Assembly (NCBI GenBank): GCA_019058015.1
Contig: JAHLWH010000227.1
Span: 1-12,447 of the forward strand
Reading direction: 5' to 3'
Origin: Promethearchaeota archaeon
GTDB lineage: Archaea > Asgardarchaeota > Lokiarchaeia > Sigyniarchaeales > SOKP01
DNA length: 12,447 nt
Shown: positions 1 through 6,964 of the stretch, in pieces
How the letters are laid out: the number at the start of each line of letters is the position of its first letter
Numbering within the stretch: position 1 is the first letter of the stretch
Notes under the pieces: model-generated
Told to the model about the DNA's origin: nothing
The model's database searches: none
The model's input: only the letters and a program-made list of their open reading frames with translations
Translations under genes and position numbers: made by a program

Positions 1-612
1 AAATTTAGTTGCTACAAGTATAGGGATATTAGGACAATCTTCGTGATTCCAGATATTTCCATCATAAATCTCCCTCCAGCAGTTGAGTCCACCATATGCT
101 ATTGTCTCGATATTTATGTTTTTTTCTTCACTGTATTCAACAACATCAATAGAACATCCACCTGAATGCACAAATGAATTTAGATCTTCAGTTATTGAGT
201 GATGTATGAATTTCTTGATTATTGGACGTTTTTGTAGATTTAAATAATAGACTGAATCATTAATTCGATCTGGAGAAAATGTAAATCCAAAATCCTTGGT
301 CAAATCAAATAAGTTAGTTTTATTGGTATGATCGCCCCCATTATTACTAATGATAAATAAACTCCCGCCTTTTTTAACATATTCAATTAAAACTTTTATT
401 TCTGATTCGGAATAAAAAGAGTTGTAAGGGGCACCAATAATTACTAAATTATAATTTTCTAACTTTTTCACTGAATTTATTCCTGCTTCGATTTTTCCAA
501 GCTTATACCCACTAGTGAATAAAAATTCAACAAAGTCAATAAATGAAGGACTTTCAATAACAAGCTTATTTCCGTGGGAATAATCAAAACAAATCTTTAT
601 ATCCTGACTCAT
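1..612 (-). CDS. GIFT-domain (GldG/IFT52-like, DUF4350/GATase1-like fold) protein, 5' part; runs off the left edge
   Basis: Manual translation from ATG at 612-610 is open for 204 codons to position 1: MSQDIKICFDYSHGNKLVIESPSFIDFVEFLFTSGYKLGKIEAGINSVKKLENYNLVIIGAPYNSFYSESEIKVLIEYVKKGGSLFIISNNGGDHTNKTNLFDLTKDFGFTFSPDRIND...FVHSGGCSIDV...IPILVATKF. The FDxSH, LVIIGAP..F...EI..L.EYV..GGSL and GG...TNL..L...FG..F..D motifs are typical of this family. Not in the ORF track because no stop lies in the window. Confidence 0.8.
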   Translation of the reverse strand, partial: MSQDIKICFDYSHGNKLVIESPSFIDFVEFLFTSGYKLGKIEAGINSVKKLENYNLVIIGAPYNSFYSESEIKVLIEYVKKGGSLFIISNNGGDHTNKTNLFDLTKDFGFTFSPDRINDSVYYLNLQKRPIIKKFIHHSITEDLNSFVHSGGCSIDVVEYSEEKNINIETIAYGGLNCWREIYDGNIWNHEDCPNIPILVATKF

Positions 613-695
613 AAAATCTTACCACAATATAACTTAATCAATTATTTCTTAATATTAATTTCTTAGTAAAAAAAATTTAATCTTTTTCTAAACTC

Positions 696-1550
696 TCATT
701 TATTTACTAATATATCAACTACAATATGATATAATCGAGGTCCGTAGGTTTTTACAACTCTATATTCTTTCAATTCACATTTATATCCATTTTGTTTAGC
801 AATTTTATTAAATTCATCAAAAAGTTCTAAATATTTACTCTTTTCTTTAACTCCTTCATAATGTACAATCGTTCCAGAATCTTTAACACATAATAATGCA
901 GACGAAATATAGTCCTTAGGGGCAGGAAATACAGCCATTAATATTCTATCTGCTTTTACTCCTTTTTCAGCTAAATTTTTTACTTCTTCTTTACAATTAC
1001 CAAAAATTGGAATTATTTTTTCTTCTAAATGATTTAACTTAACATTTTCTTGTAGATACTTAAAAGCAACTGAGTTTAATTCAATACTATATATTAAAGT
1101 TGCTTCTGAAAATAACCCAATTGGTAAAGAAAAGTAACCAATCCCAGCAAACATATCAATTATGTATTCTCCGGGTTTTACAAGTGTTGCTAAGTATTTT
1201 CTTTCATTAAGATTTCCTTTACTGAACATAATTTTAGTAATATCAAATTTGTATAATACACCATGTTCTTTATGAGTAACAATAGAATCATTTTTTCCAG
1301 CTAAAAATTCAATCCTTTCTGGAATTCGAAATTGTCCAGTAATTTTTCCTCCATAATAATATACAGATTCCATCTTCGGATATAATTCTAGACATTTTTT
1401 TGCAATTATGAATCGTTTTTCATATAATTCTGATAGTAATTTTAAAAGGATTATTTTTGAAATCATTTGAAAACCACGCGGTAATTTGTCCAATTCTTCT
1501 TGAGTTAATTCCGAATTCAATGCAATCTTTAATCGATCTCTAAAATTCAT
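696..1550 (-). CDS. taw2: tRNA(Phe) wyosine-pathway aminocarboxypropyltransferase Taw2/TYW2 (Met-10+/Trm5 family, SAM-dependent)
   Basis: 284 aa. It has HKEHGVLYKFDITKIMFSKGNLNER (GNxxER is Taw2/TYW2-like, whereas Trm5 has SPRLxxER), the SAM motif DMFAGIGYFSLP, ELN, ADRILM, VHYE and C-terminal VKTYGPRLYHIVVD. Confidence 0.85.
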   Translation of the reverse strand: MNFRDRLKIALNSELTQEELDKLPRGFQMISKIILLKLLSELYEKRFIIAKKCLELYPKMESVYYYGGKITGQFRIPERIEFLAGKNDSIVTHKEHGVLYKFDITKIMFSKGNLNERKYLATLVKPGEYIIDMFAGIGYFSLPIGLFSEATLIYSIELNSVAFKYLQENVKLNHLEEKIIPIFGNCKEEVKNLAEKGVKADRILMAVFPAPKDYISSALLCVKDSGTIVHYEGVKEKSKYLELFDEFNKIAKQNGYKCELKEYRVVKTYGPRLYHIVVDILVNK

Positions 1551-1645
1551 CTAATTCAAATGATTCTTTTTATTATTTAATTAATAGTAATGAATAATAT
1601 TTTATTAGAATTTAAAATTATTAAAAAAATTGAGAGTTAATAATA
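1551..1645. promoter_or_regulatory. Divergent promoter region between taw2 and ilvC
   Basis: 95-bp, almost purely A/T gap between two divergent start codons. A purine-rich GAGAG lies just before the ilvC ATG. Individual TATA boxes cannot be picked unambiguously. Confidence 0.45.
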
Positions 1646-2728
1646 ATGGTTAATGTTTACCATGATAAAGACGGAAATTTGGAAGATTTAAATGGAAAAA
1701 TTATAGCTATAATTGGATATGGTAATCAAGGAAGAGCTCAATCTTTAAATTTAAGAGATAATGGATTAAATATTATTATTGGAAATAAAAAAGATGAATA
1801 TCGAAAAATCGCTAAGAAGGATGGCTTTGATACATATTCCATATCGGAGATTGTATTGATATCCGATATTTTATTTATTCTTCTCCCTGACGAGATAATG
1901 AAAGATGTGTATAAGAAAGAAATTGAACCAAATTTAAAAGAGGGAAAGACTTTATGCTTCGCTAGTGGCTATAATATCGCATTTAATCTCATCAAACCCC
2001 CAAGTAATATTAATGTGATAATGATTGCACCAAGAATGATTGGTAGAGGTGTAAGAGAGACATTTCTCTTAAAAAAAGGCTTTTTTAGTTTTATTTGTGT
2101 GCATCAAGATGCTACTAGGGATGCAAAAAAAATATTATTGGCTTTATCTAAGGGGGGTGGAACATTAATGAAAGGAGGGATTGAAATCGATATGAAAACT
2201 GAGGCAGTTCTGGATATGTCAACCGAACAAATGTTTGGACCAACTCTTGGAAGAGCAATGTTGACTTACGTTTATACTTTAGTAGATGCAGGTTATCCTC
2301 CTGAGGCTGTTTTAGTTGAGTTGTATATGAGTGGAGAAATGAGTTACACTTTCGAGAAGATGGCTAACATAGGACTCATAAAGCAAGTTGATTTCCACTC
2401 TCAAACTTCCCAATATGGCTCAATGAGTAGAGGTATAAGATTTAGGAAACTACCTCTAAGAGAAAAATTTGATAAAATCTTAAAAGAACTAGAAGATGGT
2501 GATTTTGTGAAAGAGTGGGAGGGTAAATGGGCCAAATTGAAATTTAAAATTATTAAATTTTTCGCTATGAAACAAAAAATATCAAAGCTTGAGCAGCAAG
2601 CAAGAAAAAATCTTGGATTAAGAGAAATAGATATTTATGAAGAAGAACCACCATCAATTGATGATTTAAAGGATAAAGAAAAACTTATGCGGGAAATAAA
2701 AGAATTTCAAGAATTTTATGAATATTAA
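1646..2728 (+). CDS. ilvC: Ketol-acid reductoisomerase, short (class I) form, Sulfolobus IlvC2-like subfamily
   Basis: 360 aa. It has Rossmann IAIIGYGNQGRAQSLNLRDNG, LLPDE, FASGY, MIAPRMIG, VHQDA, D..TEQ (metal ligands), LVDAGYPPEA..ELYMSGE, HSQTSQYG and DGDFVKEW. Confidence 0.9.
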   Translation: MVNVYHDKDGNLEDLNGKIIAIIGYGNQGRAQSLNLRDNGLNIIIGNKKDEYRKIAKKDGFDTYSISEIVLISDILFILLPDEIMKDVYKKEIEPNLKEGKTLCFASGYNIAFNLIKPPSNINVIMIAPRMIGRGVRETFLLKKGFFSFICVHQDATRDAKKILLALSKGGGTLMKGGIEIDMKTEAVLDMSTEQMFGPTLGRAMLTYVYTLVDAGYPPEAVLVELYMSGEMSYTFEKMANIGLIKQVDFHSQTSQYGSMSRGIRFRKLPLREKFDKILKELEDGDFVKEWEGKWAKLKFKIIKFFAMKQKISKLEQQARKNLGLREIDIYEEEPPSIDDLKDKEKLMREIKEFQEFYEY

Positions 2729-2739
2729 TTTTTTTTTTT
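2729..2739 (+). terminator. Oligo-T archaeal-type terminator after ilvC
   Basis: 11 consecutive T immediately after the TAA stop (2726-2728). Confidence 0.55.
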
Positions 2740-2888
2740 ATTAATTACTGGCTTATTTAATATTTTTTTATTAGTTTAGTAGATTTGTAAAAATTTTTAA
2801 TAATATTTTAATTAGAGTTAAAAGAATTAATTATTAGTAAAATTTTTGAAAAACAGAAAAAATTAAAAATAAAAAGTTGAAAAAAAAA

Positions 2889-4748
2889 ATGCCAGATTTA
2901 AAGGATTTTCATGTAGATGAAAATAAAGTTTGGTTTACTGGTGGACATTGGCCGGAAGGAGTACCTCATCAAATATATGACGTTGAAGATATATCAGTTG
3001 ACCCTTTATTTGAAGGATTTTTAACTGCAGCAGATAAATATGATTTGTGGGATAAAGATATATGTATTTTTGTATTAGGTGCTTATTTGGAAAGAATAAA
3101 ATTAAGAGCTTTAATGGATTATGCAAAAAGATTTGGAACTTTTCTTTATGATCTCGGTATAAGAAAAGGTGATGTTGTTGCAATTGATTTGCCTAATTCT
3201 ATTAATTTCGTGGTTGCATACATTGGTTGCCAGTATATAGGTGCAGTAGTTGCTGGAGTTAATCCACAATATAAACCGATGGAACTTTTACATGAACTTA
3301 CAATAACGGGAGCAAAGGTATTAGTTGCAATGGATGCGTTATATGTTGCAGGACCTAATCAAATATTACCTAAAACTAAAGTAAAATACTTAATTTCCAC
3401 AAATCTTTTAGATTTCGTAACTGCTAAAGGAGAGGCATTTGATAAATTAAGAGCATCTCTTCCAGATTTTCAAAGTTCTGTTCCAGATGAAGGAGAGACT
3501 TTTAAAACATTTAGAATGAGAAAGATTATCGATGAAACTGAACCAAAAGAAATTAAGGTAGAAATTGATCCATGGGAAGATCCTGCAGCATATTTAATGA
3601 CTGGTGGAACAACTGGACTTCCTAAAGCAGCTGTCTTAACTCACGCAAATTTAATAACAGATTTACAAATAATGAAACCTTGGACAAAAATTGAACCGGG
3701 AATGATAACAATTGGTTCAATTCCCTTCTTTCATAGCTTTGGGATGACTTGCGTTATGAATGCAAGTTTATCCATCGGGATGACAATGCTTTTATTTCCG
3801 AAACCTCCTCCCGACGATGCTTTATGTGAAGCAATAAATCATATAGATGCTCCTGATGGTATAATGTACACAGGGGTCGAAATGCTTTTTAAACGATTGA
3901 CAGATTTTGTTGAAGGAATAGGAGAAGAAGAGTTTAAAAAGAAATATGATATTTGGAAAAAATTGAAATTTGCGACTCAAGGTGCAGGACCACTTCATGA
4001 TTACGTTCGAATACCTTTTGAGCGAATATTTAATTGTCCAATTCGGTCTGGTTATGGTTTAACAGAAACTTCTCCAGTTTTAAGTATAGCTCCTTTCTGG
4101 GGAGAGCATAAAATAGGAAAGTTAGGTTTACCTTTACCAGGTGTAGATTGGGCTATATTTGACCCAAACAATTTTGAAGCAGGTCCTATTTGTGATGGTA
4201 CTCAAGAAAGAGGAAATTTTGGTATTGAACATACTGGCGAAATTTGCGTTTCTGGTTCAATGATACTGAAGGACTATTTAGGAGAATTTAAAGAAAAAGA
4301 AGAAAATTTAAAGATGTGGGGTGGAAAACGCTGGTTTATGACCGGAGATATCGGTTTTATGGATGAACATGGATATGTTGAAATTAGAGACCGTAAAAAA
4401 TCTTTAATAAAAGTATCTGGACATAGTGTTTTTCCAAAGGAAGTTGAAGAATTGATGGGGGAACATGAGATGGTGGATGAGGTCGGCATTGCTGGCATAC
4501 CGGATGAAATGACTGGAGAAGCGGTAAAAGCTTGGATTACTCTAAAGCCAGGTTATAAGGCTGGAAAGGATATTGATTCTGAATCCTTAAAGAAATGGTG
4601 TCAAGAAAATATGACAAAATGGAAATCTCCTAAATATATTGAGTTTCTTAGGAAATTACCAGTAAGTATAACTGGGAAAGTTCAAAGAAGAGTATTACAA
4701 GAAAAAGATCTTGATAAATTGAAAAAAGGAAAAGAAATTAAGGGCTAA
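2889..4748 (+). CDS. fadD: Long-chain-fatty-acid--CoA ligase (AMP-forming acyl-CoA synthetase, FadD-like)
   Basis: ANL motifs present: GIRKGDVVAIDLPN, A3 TGGTTGLPKAAVLTHAN, PFFHSFG, A5 GYGLTE, GEICVSG, A7 TGD, A8 RDRKKSLIKVSG, A10 LPVSITGKVQRR. ATG at 2889 is preferred over the TTG at 2877 used by the ORF track. Substrate chain length cannot be fixed from sequence. Confidence 0.9.
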   Translation: MPDLKDFHVDENKVWFTGGHWPEGVPHQIYDVEDISVDPLFEGFLTAADKYDLWDKDICIFVLGAYLERIKLRALMDYAKRFGTFLYDLGIRKGDVVAIDLPNSINFVVAYIGCQYIGAVVAGVNPQYKPMELLHELTITGAKVLVAMDALYVAGPNQILPKTKVKYLISTNLLDFVTAKGEAFDKLRASLPDFQSSVPDEGETFKTFRMRKIIDETEPKEIKVEIDPWEDPAAYLMTGGTTGLPKAAVLTHANLITDLQIMKPWTKIEPGMITIGSIPFFHSFGMTCVMNASLSIGMTMLLFPKPPPDDALCEAINHIDAPDGIMYTGVEMLFKRLTDFVEGIGEEEFKKKYDIWKKLKFATQGAGPLHDYVRIPFERIFNCPIRSGYGLTETSPVLSIAPFWGEHKIGKLGLPLPGVDWAIFDPNNFEAGPICDGTQERGNFGIEHTGEICVSGSMILKDYLGEFKEKEENLKMWGGKRWFMTGDIGFMDEHGYVEIRDRKKSLIKVSGHSVFPKEVEELMGEHEMVDEVGIAGIPDEMTGEAVKAWITLKPGYKAGKDIDSESLKKWCQENMTKWKSPKYIEFLRKLPVSITGKVQRRVLQEKDLDKLKKGKEIKG

Positions 4749-4776
4749 AAATTTTAATTTTTTTTTATTATTTTTT
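4749..4776. terminator. T-rich tract between convergent genes; probable terminator of the acyl-CoA synthetase gene
   Basis: 28-nt gap made of T4, T9 and further T runs on the + strand between two convergent stop codons. Confidence 0.5.
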
Positions 4777-5895
4777 TTAATCAATTAATTTGCCTTTTAA
4801 ATTCTCAAATGCAAAATATGAAGTTGAAAATGTCTTAACATTCAACACTTCCAACACTTCAGCAATTTCATCATCATAGGCTCTTGAAATTATTTCAGGC
4901 TCAAGTGTCATTGTTTTTACATTTTGAACTATTTCCAGTATTTCATTAACATCTTCTTTTAATGTTATAATGATCTGTGTACAATCATAGATTCGTGCTT
5001 GGGTCAATATTTTTTTAGAAGTGGCACTTCCTATTATTAATTTTGGACCTAATAAATCTTCAACCTCTTCAATGTCCAATTCTTCTCTTTCAAATTCAAT
5101 TACTAAATATTCCCTTTCAATAGATTCGAAATAATTTACCAATCGCCGAGAAAAATTATTCCAGCCTACAATAATCACTAATCCTGATTTATTAACAAAC
5201 CAACTTTTTATTTTTTCAAATGTCCATTTAGTTGTCGAGAAAATATTAACACCAAATCCTTTTATCAGTTTCTTTAATCTTTCATTGAATATTCTACAAT
5301 GAATGGGGCATTTTTTATTTATTTCGCGTATTCTTTTTACTAAAATAATTGCTTGCTTTACATTATTATTTACTAAAAATACTTCTCTACATTCTTTGAT
5401 ATTTACTAATTCTAAGGTTTCAGGTAATAAAGGGTTCCTAATAACAACAATATCTCCCGACTCCAAAAGATCTTCCACTAAATCTTCATTTTCTTCGATC
5501 ATAACATATTTAATCCCTTTTTCATTCATATATTCAATAATTCTGAGAGCTAAATGGGACCACCCGATCATAACAATATGGTTATCCATTTTTTTTGCGA
5601 TTTTTTCAGCAGTTAATCTCGGATTGATTCGACCCGCGGATCTTTCAATGATAACAGCAAAAATTCCCTGACTTATAATAATTGTTCCAAATACTTGATA
5701 AAATATTTCAAAAGTATTATCAGCACCAAAATCTTTCATAAAAAATGTTGCTAAAAAAATATCTGTTAGAGATGCGATGGAACTATACATGAATCAATGA
5801 AATAAAAAACCTCCACCAAACCAAACCAGTATCAGAATTAATGGTACTTTAATTTCCCCAATAAATATACCTAATTTAACAAGTACTTTTCCCAT
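4777..5895 (-). pseudogene. 2TM + tandem TrkA-N/RCK-domain protein (Kch/MthK-like architecture) interrupted by an in-frame TGA at 5794-5796 (pseudogene, sequencing error or readthrough)
   Basis: The ORF-track frame (4777-5790) extends upstream in frame: ATG 5895 MGKVLVKLGIFIGEIKVPLILILVWFGGGFLFH*FMYSSIASLTDIFLATFF... This supplies the missing first TM helix, with GAAGGTAG just upstream of the ATG. Two RCK-N domains follow: NHIVMIGWSHLA..YVMIEENE..NIKECREV and VIIVGWNNFS..YLVIEFER..IIGSATS...L.QARI...IISRAYD. Confidence 0.8.
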
Positions 5896-5985
5896 ATTTT
5901 ATCTACCTTCAATAAATGGTTATAAATAATTTAAGGTCATTATTTTAATTAAAGATACAGGATTCCTAAAATAATAGAGCTCAAT
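5896..5985. promoter_or_regulatory. Divergent promoter region with candidate TATA box (TTTATAA on the - strand at 5920-5926)
   Basis: 90-bp gap between the divergent channel-like and sirtuin genes. The TATA-like element sits about 25 nt upstream of the proposed 5895 start. Confidence 0.4.
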
Positions 5986-6761
5986 ATGATCGGAATGAAT
6001 TTACAGGAAGATATTATTAAAGCTGCAGAAATTATAAAAAAGAGCAACCGTATTGTAGTATTTACTGGAGCCGGTATTTCAACAGAATCAGGAATTCCTG
6101 ATTTCCGAAGTCCTGGAGGGTTATGGAGTAAGTATGATCCCGATATATATGCGAATTACTTTTTATTTTTAAAAAATCCATCTCCTTTTTGGACAATGCA
6201 TCATGTAGTTGTTAATGTGTTATTAAAGGCTAAACCTAATCTTGCACATTACGCAATTTTTGAATTAGAAAAAATGGGAAAATTAAAAGCTATTATTACT
6301 CAAAATGTTGATATGCTTCATCAAAGAGCAGGTTCAGGAACAGTCCATAATGTCCCTATCTTTGAATTGCATGGAGCTTTTGGTGATTTATATTGTATGG
6401 AATGTGATAAAAAATACAATCACGATGAAATTAAAGGTCTTCTAACAAAAGAGGAAAAAATTGTGCCATATTGTGAATGTGGGGGAGTTATTAAACCAAC
6501 AACATCTTATTTGGAGAACAGCTTCCTTCAAAAGTTTTATCTGGTGCTCTTAATGCTTGTAGTAATTGTGATTGTTTTTTAATGATTGGAAGCTCCCTAC
6601 TTGTTTCCCCCGCAAACCAAATGCCTTATGTAGCTAAAAAGGCTGGAGCGAATACAATTTTTATAAATAAAGAGGATACTTTTATGAATTATACTGCTAA
6701 TTTATTTTTAAAAGGGAAGGTCGGTGAAATATTGCCCATAATAATTTCTTATTTAAAATAG
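5986..6761 (+). pseudogene. cobB: NAD-dependent protein deacylase (Sir2/CobB sirtuin) with a 1-nt frameshift at ~6504
   Basis: The N-part has FTGAGISTESGIPDFRSPGGLW, PNLAH, ITQNVDMLHQRAG, ELHG and Zn ligands CMEC..CECGG.IKP. The C-part continues in the -1 frame from 6504: ILFGEQLP...CDCFLMIGSSLLVSPANQMP..AKKAGANTIFINKEDT...KGKVGEILP..YLK* (TAG 6759-6761). Restoring one A (ACA ACA ATC) gives KPTTILFGE and a ~258-aa protein. Confidence 0.9.
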
Positions 6762-6781
6762 TATTTTTTAAAATAGTATTT
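6752..6781 (+). repeat. Perfect 15-bp tandem duplication (TTTAAAATAGTATTT x2) spanning the sirtuin stop codon
   Basis: 6752-6766 and 6767-6781 are identical. Confidence 0.85.
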
Positions 6782-6837
6782 GAAAATTATCTTGGAGAAT
6801 AAGGATTAAAATTTATCTTTCAAATATGTAAAATTAT

Positions 6838-6862
6838 TTATTAGAATTTCTATTTCTAATAA
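6838..6862. repeat. 9-bp inverted repeat TTATTAGAA-N7-TTCTAATAA, possible operator or hairpin
   Basis: Perfect dyad about 100 bp upstream of the surface-protein start. The AT-rich background lowers its significance. Confidence 0.35.
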
Positions 6863-6964
6863 TCGCTTGTTTTAAATATTTAAAAAAACATCTATAATTT
6901 AATCAATAATATTGATTAATTTTTTTAATTTGACGAAATCAAATTTAATAAAAAAGTGAAAAAT

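Noticed and set aside
2146-2230. Odd residues in IlvC (KGGGT, DMSTEQ) as possible compensating sequence errors
   Set aside because: The frame is intact and the metal-binding D and E are retained. It cannot be distinguished from real divergence without reads.
2935-3183. 82-aa - strand ORF
   Set aside because: Antisense shadow inside the acyl-CoA synthetase, with no recognisable features.
4274-4498. 74-aa - strand ORF
   Set aside because: Antisense shadow of the acyl-CoA synthetase.
5303-5671. 122-aa + strand ORF
   Set aside because: Antisense to the RCK gene. The S/F/I-rich composition is typical of reverse-complement codons.
5794-5796. Selenocysteine at the in-frame TGA
   Set aside because: The position is at the end of a TM helix with no redox motif. 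The 3' gap is only 28 nt of A/T with no SECIS-like hairpin visible, and Trp is the more natural residue.
6505-6582. Membrane-anchored sirtuin (hydrophobic C-tail in the ORF track)
   Set aside because: The tail is the out-of-frame reading after the frameshift. The genuine sirtuin C-terminal half is in the -1 frame.
5986-6761. Sir2-based anti-phage system (Thoeris/DSR/Sir2-HerA) together with the neighbouring membrane protein
   Set aside because: The protein is a canonical Zn-binding, ~258-aa CobB-type deacylase with GIPDFR and QNVD motifs. No TIR, HerA, Argonaute or other defence partner lies nearby.
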